NCBI GenBank assembly: GCA_021816885.1
Contig: JAKAWS010000003.1
Location: 5,091-69,090, forward strand
DNA: 64,000 nucleotides
Reading direction: 5' to 3'
Origin: Candidatus Micrarchaeota archaeon
GTDB lineage: Archaea > Micrarchaeota > Micrarchaeia > Micrarchaeales > Micrarchaeaceae
Numbering within the stretch: position 1 is the first letter of the stretch; every line of letters starts with the position of its first letter. Of this stretch, positions 10,303 to 19,684 are shown in pieces. The notes under the pieces are model-generated. The model did no database searches and was not told the origin of the DNA. It saw only the letters and a list, made by a program, of their open reading frames with translations. The translations under genes were made by a program, and so were the position numbers.

Positions 10303-10391
10303 GGGTCTATAGCTCAGCTTGGTTAGAGCGGCTGGCTCTTAACCAGTAGGTCGAGGGTCCAAAATCAAAGATGGAAATCCCTCTAGACCCG
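10303..10391 (+). tRNA. tRNA-Lys (anticodon CTT) with a 14-nt insertion (putative intron) in the T-loop
   Basis: Acceptor gggtcta/tagaccc, D-arm gctcagcttggttagagc, anticodon stem gctgg/ccagt with loop ctCTTaa, T-stem gaggg/ccctc. The T-loop is 21 nt (tccaaaatcaaagatggaaat) rather than 7. Removing 10361-10374 restores tccaaat. Confidence 0.75.
10361..10374 (+). other. Putative non-canonical tRNA intron (T-loop position 56/57) in tRNA-Lys
   Basis: 14 nt, aaaatcaaagatgg. Its 3' end (tgg) pairs with T-loop nt 54-56 (tcc...a) to give a 4-bp helix, and a 3-nt bulge (aat) precedes the T-stem. Confidence 0.55.
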
Positions 10392-10396
10392 CACAA

Positions 10397-11557
10397 CTAA
10401 GGCTGCATCCAGTCAATCTCATAATACTCATACTCGCTTCCAGGCAGGTCGATCTTCTTTATCTTGTAGTAAGTGACGGATGTCTCTCTATCGGCAATCG
10501 CCACTACAAGTTCAAGCTTTCTCGATTTCGACTCCTTTATCATGCTTGAAAGCTCTGCGCCGCCTATATAGGAACTTTCCGTCAGAGAAAGCATCGCGTA
10601 AGACGGAGCGCTGTGCTCTGGAGACTCGCTGTCCCCTCCTTTCCTGTGATAGAGCACAAAGTCTATCTCCTCATTTTTCTTCCTGCTCTTTCCAGGTATC
10701 GCAAGTATGAACGTCTTTCTTACAGAATGCGCGACCCGTATGGCTCTTGACCACTCCGAAGTCAGTAGTTTCTGGTCCTGCGGAAATACATGAAGGACGT
10801 GCTTGGAATGGGTCCAGTTCTCATCCTTTATCGGCTTTGCGCCAGGGAAATATATCCTAAAGTGCGTTCCAAACTTAAAACCAGTCTTTACCACATACCC
10901 TTTCTCTCTCCAGTCTGCATACACCTCATACAGCTTCATAAAATCCTGCCTGCGCTTCCTGGCAGCATCTACTATCTCTTTCTTGCTAAAGCCATCTATG
11001 CTCAATACCCCTTTATCTATAAGGAAGACCGCTTCGTATATATCGAGCTTGTTCAGAATCCCTCTGTCGCTAGCTTTGTAAGTGCCATACTGGCCTAGCC
11101 AGAACTTGTCGTATATCTCCTTCCCCTTTTTCTGATCGTCGATTATGACTGTTAGGTCTTCTGGGAAGAATACTCCTTCGAGGCTTATTCCTCTCAGGTT
11201 CAGGTTTGATGCAGGATACCTTTTTATGGGTGTTCTATCAGATCCAGACTCGTGGTCCGGTTGTTTTATCACGAGTCCTCTGTCTCTCCAGTCCTTGAAC
11301 GTGAAATATCTCGCCATGGACTTCTTCGAACTGAGCCCTTTCGCAATCTCGTTAAAACTTACACTATTTCCTAGCGTATCTGTGCACGAAGCGTTTCTCA
11401 CATCAATCAGATAAAGCGCCTCAACTAGATCCAGATGCAAAAGACCGGAATCCAACCTTCCGAAAGAGGTGCGCCTAAGGTTGTCTATCGTAGACTGGTC
11501 CTTCACAAGCGCCATGTGCGCTTTCCTATCATATATTATCTCAAGCATGCAGTCCAC
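10397..11557 (-). CDS. endA: tRNA-splicing endonuclease, multi-unit (epsilon2-like, three-unit) form
   Basis: 386 aa. The central unit carries the catalytic signature YADWREKGYVVKTGFKFGTHFRIY (Tyr/His/Lys triad region). An N-terminal EndA-like unit (LVEALYLIDVR...) and a C-terminal degenerate unit (HVLHVF...VAHSVRKTFILAI) flank it. The length matches the three-unit enzymes reported from ARMAN-type archaea. Confidence 0.8.
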   Translation of the reverse strand: MDCMLEIIYDRKAHMALVKDQSTIDNLRRTSFGRLDSGLLHLDLVEALYLIDVRNASCTDTLGNSVSFNEIAKGLSSKKSMARYFTFKDWRDRGLVIKQPDHESGSDRTPIKRYPASNLNLRGISLEGVFFPEDLTVIIDDQKKGKEIYDKFWLGQYGTYKASDRGILNKLDIYEAVFLIDKGVLSIDGFSKKEIVDAARKRRQDFMKLYEVYADWREKGYVVKTGFKFGTHFRIYFPGAKPIKDENWTHSKHVLHVFPQDQKLLTSEWSRAIRVAHSVRKTFILAIPGKSRKKNEEIDFVLYHRKGGDSESPEHSAPSYAMLSLTESSYIGGAELSSMIKESKSRKLELVVAIADRETSVTYYKIKKIDLPGSEYEYYEIDWMQP

Positions 11558-12305
11558 ACATGACCATCAACGTCTCCTTTTCTATTTCAGAAAGTTCAGA
11601 ATGAAGTATAAAACAACACATCCCAAAGTCTATATCGATTTCCCTAAGCTCCCTCATCGATTTATAGATTACTTTCATATTATCAGAACCGATATCAGCC
11701 ATCATTACGAGCTCGCGGCTCTCTGCCAGAATCCCACGGCTGTTCTCCGCCTCAGCCGCCGACATTATGTCTATCGCTTTCTTATGGCTAATCGAACGTT
11801 GAAACTGCGCATCATAATCCAGCAATATAAGGGTGTGCATTCTGTTCTCGAAATTGATAGAGAGCTTGTCATAAAAAGATATCGGACGGTACCCCTCTTT
11901 CCAGTCCGCAATCGTGCACACCTGTCCAAACCTGTAGAAATCGAGCCCCGATTCACCAATCGCAGCGGTAAAAACAGATGAAGCATGTACAACCTCTATG
12001 GCAGTCCCTGTTCTGACAGCCTCCAGATACAATATCTTATGCGTAGTGGCGATGAGCGGATCCCCTCCGACCAGCAACGCCACATTGCTGTCCCGCGCGT
12101 TCCTTATAAAATCACCGGCCTTTTCTTCAAGCATGCCCCTATCAGCCTCCCTTACCTTTTTCCCGAGCTTTCTCTCTATCTCCGATATCTGGTTATCGGT
12201 TATCCTGGATGTATACCTCTCGACAAATACATCAGATCCCGCCAGCCTATCTGCTAACTCATCAGATATACTCTGATATATCCCAAGTCCACATATTTTC
12301 AACAT
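11541..12305 (-). CDS. dph5: Diphthine synthase
   Basis: MLKICGLGIY... tetrapyrrole-methylase fold, 254 aa, typical Dph5 N-terminus. Overlaps endA by 17 nt. Confidence 0.85.
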   Translation of the reverse strand: MLKICGLGIYQSISDELADRLAGSDVFVERYTSRITDNQISEIERKLGKKVREADRGMLEEKAGDFIRNARDSNVALLVGGDPLIATTHKILYLEAVRTGTAIEVVHASSVFTAAIGESGLDFYRFGQVCTIADWKEGYRPISFYDKLSINFENRMHTLILLDYDAQFQRSISHKKAIDIMSAAEAENSRGILAESRELVMMADIGSDNMKVIYKSMRELREIDIDFGMCCFILHSELSEIEKETLMVMCGLHA

Positions 12306-12315
12306 TAACTATCAA

Positions 12316-15072
12316 CTATCTATGCATCCAATACTTTTTATTCTTTATAAAATTTTTCTGCGCGTCTATCAGATCAGTATAAAAAAGCCTATGGTCATCA
12401 CGCTGCATCTTCAGGGCACGGGCTGCGGTCCTGGGTCCTACGCCGTAAGTGGCAAGCGCGACAGCTGCCTTTCCGCCATACGACCGGAAGAGCCTTGCCT
12501 CTATCATCATCTCGCTATAAGCCTTCATGTCAGCCCTAGTCATCTTTTTTTTGCCCTTTGACTCTGAGATTACCTTTCTGTAATTGTCCGTATAAGTGCA
12601 AAGCATGGCGCTTTTGCAGTTTGGGCACTCAAGCTTTTCCGCATCCTGTACCTCCAATATCTTTCTCTGGAAAGAAAGACCGCAATAAGTGCAGAGCAGT
12701 TTCGCTTTCTTGGAAGAGGTAAACTGTATGAACGACTCGAGAAGCGCGGCGTTCGGCCTTATTGGCATGATGAGCTCTTTTGTGTGATAATCCGAGTTGA
12801 GGATGCTGTCTGAAAGCGGAGAAAGTTTTCCAGAAGAGAACTTTTCCAATCGCAGCGTCCCTTTTCTTATATCGTCAAAGAACCCCTTAACGACTTTATA
12901 ATCGAAGTAATTGTCTCTTATCTCCCTATATGCTTCGAGCCAGACTGGGGTGCCTTTGAATATCTCCACAATCTTCTTTGCTGTGTTCTTAGAGAGACTG
13001 GCGCCCCTCTCTATTATTCCGAACCTTTTTGCTATCTCTACAAACTTATAATTGAAAAGGCTGGTTCCTGTTATAACGCTCTCCGCCGTCTTATCTATGT
13101 TAGAGCCGGAAATGTCTGAGAGAACGGCTTTCATGTCAAACCTATCGCTCTCCACAAAGATAAGATACGGGGAAGCTTTTGTGTTAGCGCTTGATCCCGT
13201 CCTTTTGGTAATCATCGTTCCAAGCAATTTCGATATGAACTCGTTAGCTCTGGTCCCCAAGAAGGTATAAATTACGGTATATCCTTCCATATTCTCTACT
13301 GCCACAGTTCCCCTTTTTAGCGGAAAAAAGGCAAGCTGGCCCAACACTAGCTCATCTACCGCGCGCGCGCCAAAACCCGCCGCCCTTTCTATAATATCGA
13401 GGAATCTTTGTGCGACACTAAAACTGACCGGGATATCCTCTCCGTACCAGTCAGGCACTGCCGCCGACACATCTGTGCACGGCTCGACTGTTATAACGTC
13501 TTTCTCTATGTCTATGACCTTCCAAGGCAGCCCTTTCGTTATGAAAACAGATGATTCAGAGACATTGCCCAGCACGAACTTTTCGTCAAGGAACGAGACT
13601 ATCTTCCCGTTCGCTATGTTCTTTACCTTGAATCTTATGCTGTCAGGTATCGCGCTCAGGTGCTCGTAATAATACATACGCGTTCGGCCTGTGCCTCTGC
13701 ACAGCTTGTCGTCTAACAGGATCATGTGTTGCTCATGCATAAATTTCAAAAGAGTAAGCAATTCTTCCTCTTTGATGTCCTTGTAAACGAATGACCTTTC
13801 GAATATATCCTTTATGCGCTTCAGATCAGTCGCGCCATTCTCTGCCAAAAGGCCGCATATCTGATGGGCAGCAATGTCCAAAGCGCCGAAATTCGGACTG
13901 AAACTCTCTAGCTCGCCATTTCTTGCATTTTCTAGCACCGCCATCGACTCTATGTAATCTACCTCGTTAAGCGCTATTACCGAGCCTTTCGATATCTTCC
14001 TTATTGAATGCCCACTCCTCCCCATCCTCTGAAGGAGCCGCAGCGCCTGCTTAGGCGAACCATACTGTACCACAAAATCAATGCTTCCTATGTCTATCCC
14101 TAGTTCAAGCGAACTTGTAGAGATGATCGCCTTCTTGCCCCTTTTTTTGAAAACAGCCTCAAGTTCTGCCCGCTCATCCTTGTCTAGAGAACCATGGTGC
14201 ACACCTATTCCTCCAAAACTCTCCAGCTTATCGAGATAAAGCAACCGACTCCCCAATGCCTCCACTACCTGTCTTGTATTTCCGAATATGAGACAAGAGT
14301 CTGATTTTTTGATGTGTTCGACTATCGCGTATATTCTGGCAAAAGAACCCTCATCAAGTCCAAAGAATTCTTCAAACTCTCTGTTCCTTGAAGATTGCGG
14401 TACGCTACGCGGCAACTCGATCCTTATATCTGGGACTCTCTGGGCATCTACTCTCGAAATCACACAATCGCGCCTTCCGCAAAGGAATTTTGCGACCACG
14501 TCGTCATCGTCCACTGTTGCGCTTATCCCTATCCTCTGAAAATCTCCGGCACGTTCGACCAAACGCTCCAAGGCGACAGACAATTGCGCCCCTCTCTTAC
14601 TGTAATAAAGTTCGTGTACCTCGTCTACAATGACAACCTTCAGATTCTTAAGATACTCTCCGATATACTTCGTGGGAAGTATGCTCTGTAAGGTCTCTGG
14701 TGTGGTTATCATTATATCAGGTGGATTTCTTATCTGTCTGGACCTCTCACTCTGTTTTGTATCTCCGTGCCTTACCCCTACCTTTAATCCAGAATGTTCG
14801 CATAGCTCTTCAAACCTGCCTAACATATCTCTGTTGAGCGCCCTTAACGGGGTAATATAAAGGACAGATATAGGCGCAGAGCCTCTTTCTTTCAGCATCT
14901 TTATTGCAGGAAGCATCGCGGCTTCGGTCTTGCCAGTGCCCGTGCCTGATATTATAAGGCAATTAAGACCCTTCTCTATAATGCCGAACGAGGCCTTCTG
15001 CACATCGGTAAAGGCTCCATGCTTGGATATGAAATAATCGTAGATATCCTTTGCGTCCGGCATGGCTACCAA
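12316..15072 (-). CDS. lhr: Lhr-type ATP-dependent DEXH helicase
   Basis: 918 aa. Walker A GTGTGKTEAA, DEVHEL box, helicase C, long Lhr-core C-region, and a C-terminal Zn-ribbon (CTYCG...CPNCKS). Confidence 0.8.
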   Translation of the reverse strand: MVAMPDAKDIYDYFISKHGAFTDVQKASFGIIEKGLNCLIISGTGTGKTEAAMLPAIKMLKERGSAPISVLYITPLRALNRDMLGRFEELCEHSGLKVGVRHGDTKQSERSRQIRNPPDIMITTPETLQSILPTKYIGEYLKNLKVVIVDEVHELYYSKRGAQLSVALERLVERAGDFQRIGISATVDDDDVVAKFLCGRRDCVISRVDAQRVPDIRIELPRSVPQSSRNREFEEFFGLDEGSFARIYAIVEHIKKSDSCLIFGNTRQVVEALGSRLLYLDKLESFGGIGVHHGSLDKDERAELEAVFKKRGKKAIISTSSLELGIDIGSIDFVVQYGSPKQALRLLQRMGRSGHSIRKISKGSVIALNEVDYIESMAVLENARNGELESFSPNFGALDIAAHQICGLLAENGATDLKRIKDIFERSFVYKDIKEEELLTLLKFMHEQHMILLDDKLCRGTGRTRMYYYEHLSAIPDSIRFKVKNIANGKIVSFLDEKFVLGNVSESSVFITKGLPWKVIDIEKDVITVEPCTDVSAAVPDWYGEDIPVSFSVAQRFLDIIERAAGFGARAVDELVLGQLAFFPLKRGTVAVENMEGYTVIYTFLGTRANEFISKLLGTMITKRTGSSANTKASPYLIFVESDRFDMKAVLSDISGSNIDKTAESVITGTSLFNYKFVEIAKRFGIIERGASLSKNTAKKIVEIFKGTPVWLEAYREIRDNYFDYKVVKGFFDDIRKGTLRLEKFSSGKLSPLSDSILNSDYHTKELIMPIRPNAALLESFIQFTSSKKAKLLCTYCGLSFQRKILEVQDAEKLECPNCKSAMLCTYTDNYRKVISESKGKKKMTRADMKAYSEMMIEARLFRSYGGKAAVALATYGVGPRTAARALKMQRDDHRLFYTDLIDAQKNFIKNKKYWMHR

Positions 15073-17030
15073 CCAAGATGTTTTACGGTAAGATATGCGA
15101 TTATCGTTAGCATGGCCAATATTATCCCGAAAATAAGGTATGATTCGCCATAATCAAAGCTGACCTTTCCGCCTACGCCGTATGCAACCTCAAACGGTAT
15201 CGACTCTCCCCTGTAAACCGCGATGCCGCTGACTTTGCCATACGGGACATATTCCATCATATAGCTTCCATTTCTGCCGCTGTAAACATTACTGGTAGTG
15301 CCGTTATCAAAGTCAAGTTTAAGCGAGGCATTTACTGCACCGCCATAGAAGTTCGTGGTCTTTATCAAAACAGGGTAAACTGGAAGGACTAGTTTTATGG
15401 TTCCTGCGCCAGCAATGCTGACCGTTCTGTTGAGGGGCATCTTATAACCAGCCACGTCTATAGATCCCATATAATTATCTCCTAAGGGCAGATAGGTGCT
15501 CCTTTGCATTGTCATATTGTCCACTTCGATGGAAGAGAAGCTTACATTCTGCCCTCCTTCGCTGACGACATCGAGAATCACATGCACCATAGGCAGGAAT
15601 CCGGCGCGGAGGTCATAGCCCTTATTCATCTCTAAAGAGCCGTTTTTGCCGTGATATCCATTGCTCCAAGAATAGAAACCGATAATTCCTCCGTCAGACG
15701 AGCTTATATTGGTAAAGTTCAGCGAGAAGTTGGCAATAGATCGGTTGGCATACCATCCAGAGCCGGTCACACTCCCATATTCAGAACTCAGATTAAGAAA
15801 GTATTCGGTTTTCCATACTGCAGTCACATTAACCGGTGATTTTATCGATATGTAATTTCCAGAATATGTCTTGTTCGCAGTCGTCCATCCATCAAACACA
15901 TATCTAGTAGAGCTGTTTGCATATAGCTCCGAAGAGTTGATCCCTAACCGGACCAAACTGTTATTGTCATACCAACCAGATCCCGTAGCGTTCGAGAAAT
16001 TCGAGCTTACATTCACAAAGTACTGTAGCTGCCACACTGCACTTTCGGTGATTTTGCCGTATACCACAACCGTTGCAGATGTAGAGTTCCCTGTATATGA
16101 CCTAAACCCGCTACCTTTCCATCCCACGAAAACTTCGCGCTCCCCTGTTGATATATTGACTGCGTTTGGTTCATATAAGCTTACTCTGCTTCCAAACGTA
16201 TAGTTCGCAGAGCTCTGATTGCCGAACCCTGAACTCACACTGACTTCATATCCCCTATTCCACATGACCGTTCCATTTTTCGGAATAGGGAGCCCAGAAC
16301 CTACCTCGAAGTAATCAGACTCGTTGTTTAATTCCTCTACCCCATACTTATTTATCAGTGCCTCCTTGCTTGAAACCCCATACCCTACATAGGAATAAGC
16401 GCCAGGGACGCTGACCTCTCTTCCATTAAGATATACAGAAAAGTTCCTGAACCTCACAGGTATCATGTATGTCTGATTAGTGCTTGCATTCGCATATTCT
16501 CCTACTACATACGGCGCATTATTGCCAGAGTCCGGCACACCTGCATTGACACTTCCCAGCAGTTTTCCGTTTAAGTACGCCTTCCATAAAGTCCCGTCAG
16601 GCGATACGGAATAAGTGTTGAATGTTCCATTGCTCCCCAAACTGACATTGCTAAAACCGCCATAGAAACTTTGTTCGCTGTTGGTGCTCCTAAAATACTC
16701 GAAAAACCAATACGGCTTGCCGGCTTCCATATATATCTTAGAGGAACAGCCGCCAGAAGTGCAATTATTCGGATACTCCCCTGTCTTACTTTCTACTGCA
16801 TAGCCGACCTGGACGAAGGCGCCATTCTGGAGGTTCTCCCCGACCCAAAAAGCGATAGAACCATTTGTTATATTCTGTCCATATATCGTCTCTATCTGTA
16901 CTGAGATCCCAGAGTTGTTCGAAGCTGTGCCGTTTGCAATCACCCCGCTTTGGAACCAATACTGGGAATAACTGAGATGCGCGCCGACTAGCAGCACCGT
17001 AAATAAAAATACAGCTACGCCAAGTTTCAT
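15066..17030 (-). CDS. Secreted, probably heavily N-glycosylated cell-surface protein with a C-terminal TM anchor
   Basis: N-terminal signal peptide MKLGVAVFLFTVLLVGAHLSYS, more than 40 N-x-S/T sequons, C-terminal hydrophobic anchor IFGIILAMLTIIAYLTV. No recognisable catalytic motif. Confidence 0.5.
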   Translation of the reverse strand: MKLGVAVFLFTVLLVGAHLSYSQYWFQSGVIANGTASNNSGISVQIETIYGQNITNGSIAFWVGENLQNGAFVQVGYAVESKTGEYPNNCTSGGCSSKIYMEAGKPYWFFEYFRSTNSEQSFYGGFSNVSLGSNGTFNTYSVSPDGTLWKAYLNGKLLGSVNAGVPDSGNNAPYVVGEYANASTNQTYMIPVRFRNFSVYLNGREVSVPGAYSYVGYGVSSKEALINKYGVEELNNESDYFEVGSGLPIPKNGTVMWNRGYEVSVSSGFGNQSSANYTFGSRVSLYEPNAVNISTGEREVFVGWKGSGFRSYTGNSTSATVVVYGKITESAVWQLQYFVNVSSNFSNATGSGWYDNNSLVRLGINSSELYANSSTRYVFDGWTTANKTYSGNYISIKSPVNVTAVWKTEYFLNLSSEYGSVTGSGWYANRSIANFSLNFTNISSSDGGIIGFYSWSNGYHGKNGSLEMNKGYDLRAGFLPMVHVILDVVSEGGQNVSFSSIEVDNMTMQRSTYLPLGDNYMGSIDVAGYKMPLNRTVSIAGAGTIKLVLPVYPVLIKTTNFYGGAVNASLKLDFDNGTTSNVYSGRNGSYMMEYVPYGKVSGIAVYRGESIPFEVAYGVGGKVSFDYGESYLIFGIILAMLTIIAYLTVKHLGW

Positions 17031-17532
17031 ATCGGAATACCTATGACAGAATCTTCATTACGAATTGTAATAAGAATATTAAGCAGTTTGCCCGTCATCG
17101 CATATCCGTCTTTCCAATCAGTACCTTCACCTCCACGCGAAGCCTTTATTTTATTCGTGCACATAGTAACAGTCAAAGATTTCAGTAGTTGGCCATAATG
17201 CCATACAGTCTAATGTATCAGATAAAGAAATATGTGATCATACGGCATAATAGCCACGATCGGCCAGCCATACTGCGTATTTTTCATGACCTTAGCCTAG
17301 GTCGAGTATAATGCCTCTTCTAGACAGGCATCTCTCAAGGTAGTGCACTGTTGTAATGAATTCCAGTATGGCCTTTCCCTCAGATAACCTTTTCCATTCG
17401 TGTTCGTGGTGCCCGGCATAATGACCGATTATCTGTCCGTGCAACTTCGCGCTTTCCAAATCTAATATTCAAGTTTTGATGCTTAAAAACATTCTGTGCA
17501 GATAAAATTTACTGTCAAAGCAGTCTACGCGA

Positions 17533-18321
17533 CTAAACTCTTTCATATCTGATGCCAAGATGGTCTAGCTCATCTACAACCATCTTTCTCTGATTGCTAT
17601 TTAGGCTCTTCCATTCTATCAATGCTTCTGAAGGTCTCGGCTCTGATCTAGAAATCGCCTGGCCTAGCATTTTCACGCTGTCGATGCTATGCTTAGACAT
17701 TATGTGTGCAAACGCGACTCCATTCTCAATAGCCATTCTTGTGAATTTTTTAGGGTAGTGACCTCCCCCTATTCCAAGTACGACCTTATTCATGCTCTTT
17801 TCAGGATACGAAATCTCAAACGCAGATAAAGCTAAAACCCTACAGAGTTCCTTTATCAATTCTTCTGAATCAGTTCCGCCAACCTCCATGAAAAAGGAAG
17901 GCGTCTTGAGCAGCGGGCCGTGGTGTGTTGCCTCATATGTCACATCCGCATTCTCTATCCTGTTTGCGCTCAATCTTCTCAAAGCAGAAAACATCTGCAT
18001 CGGTGCAGCACAGCCTAGCTCCATAGGCAGCCCTCCAATGCTGTTATCTTCAGACCAGTTGCCTTCCGGATGCACAGTCATTGCCGCGACTCCTGCAGAG
18101 CTAAAATGCGAATAAAGAAACACAAAACAGTCAGTACTAAACTCAGAATCAAGAAAATCTGCATCCGTCGCCCTTCCTTCTATCTCTACAAGGAGTTTAT
18201 CTCCTGCACGGAAAACTACCGCTCTTTTCCTCTCCTCGCTTTTCTCAAAACCGAAGTTTTTAATAAGCTCTCCCCCAACGCGGCTTGATATCTGATTATC
18301 CTTTGAATATACAAGTATCAT
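17533..18321 (-). CDS. dtdA: D-aminoacyl-tRNA deacylase, archaeal type
   Basis: Strong match to archaeal DtdA: NFGFE, YEATHHGP, GIGGGHY. 262 aa. Confidence 0.85.
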   Translation of the reverse strand: MILVYSKDNQISSRVGGELIKNFGFEKSEERKRAVVFRAGDKLLVEIEGRATDADFLDSEFSTDCFVFLYSHFSSAGVAAMTVHPEGNWSEDNSIGGLPMELGCAAPMQMFSALRRLSANRIENADVTYEATHHGPLLKTPSFFMEVGGTDSEELIKELCRVLALSAFEISYPEKSMNKVVLGIGGGHYPKKFTRMAIENGVAFAHIMSKHSIDSVKMLGQAISRSEPRPSEALIEWKSLNSNQRKMVVDELDHLGIRYERV

Positions 18322-18377
18322 ATGGCAAGGATAGAAAGAAAAAGATTAATAATACGGCTAATAATCAATATGATTTG

Positions 18378-18737
18378 ATGGTGCTTTACGATTATCTTGC
18401 GGCTGTATTCTTTATCGTGTTTGCAGTGTTCGTCGGCGGCTCGTTTATACTTGCATCGAAGCTAATAGGGAAACGCACTACGGCAAACGAGATAAAGACA
18501 TCTCCTTACGAAAGCGCGGAACATAGCATAGGGAGGTCGAAGGACATAGACACAGAGTACATGCCGTTTTTCATGATATTTCTGCCTTTTGAGATTGTTG
18601 GCGTAGTGATACTTTTATGGGGAATAGGCGCAAAACAGACCCCGTACGCCATAGATATAGGTATGCTGGGCGTTCTGTTCTCCGCCACGCTGCTTGCCGT
18701 ATTAGGATACAGGTTGATAACCGATGCCAGAAGATAA
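18378..18737 (+). CDS. nuoA: NADH-quinone oxidoreductase subunit A
   Basis: KTSPYESAEHSIGRSKDIDTEYMPFFMIFLPFEIVGVVILLW matches the NuoA core (PYE.G...AR..F..Y..A++F++FD+E). Start taken at the ATG at 18378. Confidence 0.8.
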   Translation: MVLYDYLAAVFFIVFAVFVGGSFILASKLIGKRTTANEIKTSPYESAEHSIGRSKDIDTEYMPFFMIFLPFEIVGVVILLWGIGAKQTPYAIDIGMLGVLFSATLLAVLGYRLITDARR

Positions 18738-19362
18738 CGCAGAGCACGGGACAGATGCTCCTTACACATCAGAGCAGTTCATTAACGCAGAGAAGGAGAT
18801 GAGCTATCTGACTCAAAAGTCACTGCAAAAGGCGAAACTCTCAGGGAACGTAATGTTTACCAAAATGGGCGAGATAGCGAAGCTGGCAGCAAAGCCAATA
18901 AAGGACTGGGGCAGGACGAATTCGCTCTGGCCGCTTCAGTTCGGCCTTGCCTGCTGCGCCATCGAACTGATGGCGTTTGGTTCGCCAAGGATAGACGCCG
19001 AACGCAAAGGATACCTTCTATTCCGGGCTACTCCGCGCCAGTGCGATGTAATGGTCGTGGCAGGATGGGTCACAAAATCAATGGCTCCAAGAATCAAGAG
19101 GCTCTATGAGCAGATGTCAGAGCCGCGTTATGTCGTATCATTCGGAGAGTGTGCCACTTCCGGAGGTCCATGGTACGAAAGCTACAATATAATACATGGG
19201 ATAGACCAGATACTTCCTGTGGATGTGTACGCTGTGGGCTGTCCTCCCCGGCCGGAGAACCTGTTCATGGCGCTCATAAAGCTTCAAGATAAGATAAGAG
19301 GTGATACAAACGGAGATTCAGAGAAAAGCATTAGCGAGAACATTAAACGAAACGAAATCTAA
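18724..19362 (+). CDS. nuoB: NADH-quinone oxidoreductase subunit B (20 kDa, N2 cluster)
   Basis: LWPLQFGLACCAIE, GECATSGGPW and GCPPRPE cluster-ligand motifs. Its 3' end overlaps nuoC by ~62 nt. Confidence 0.9.
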   Translation: MPEDNAEHGTDAPYTSEQFINAEKEMSYLTQKSLQKAKLSGNVMFTKMGEIAKLAAKPIKDWGRTNSLWPLQFGLACCAIELMAFGSPRIDAERKGYLLFRATPRQCDVMVVAGWVTKSMAPRIKRLYEQMSEPRYVVSFGECATSGGPWYESYNIIHGIDQILPVDVYAVGCPPRPENLFMALIKLQDKIRGDTNGDSEKSISENIKRNEI

Positions 19363-19684
19363 GGGCTTCAGCTATCTAAAATTCATAACTGCTGTCGACT
19401 ATCCGGACCACGTTCAAGTAATATACATGTTCGCCAACCTCCAAACCGCAGAGACGCTGAATCTAGAGCTAAAGCTCCATAAAACAGATGACGACCTGTG
19501 GATTGACAGCATCGTAAAGGAGTTTCCATCTGCTAACTGGTACGAACGCGAACTTTCAGAGATGTTCGGAATAAAGGTAATGGGCAGAAGCGCAAAGCGC
19601 TTGCTTCTAGAGAACTGGAATGGTACGGAATATCCCCTGAGAAAGGAGTTTGTCTGGGGAAATGAATACAAGAAGGTGGAGTGA
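19301..19684 (+). CDS. nuoC: NADH-quinone oxidoreductase subunit C (30 kDa), short form
   Basis: KGFSYLKFITAVDYPD ... WYERELSEMFGIKV ... LLLENW NuoC motifs. Only 127 aa; the real start may lie downstream of 19301. Confidence 0.75.
   Translation: MIQTEIQRKALARTLNETKSKGFSYLKFITAVDYPDHVQVIYMFANLQTAETLNLELKLHKTDDDLWIDSIVKEFPSANWYERELSEMFGIKVMGRSAKRLLLENWNGTEYPLRKEFVWGNEYKKVE

Noticed and set aside
19301-19362. A NuoB-NuoC fusion by programmed frameshift
   Set aside because: No slippery heptamer is evident in the overlap; a long gene overlap or an assembly indel is more likely. It is reported as a finding to be checked rather than a feature.
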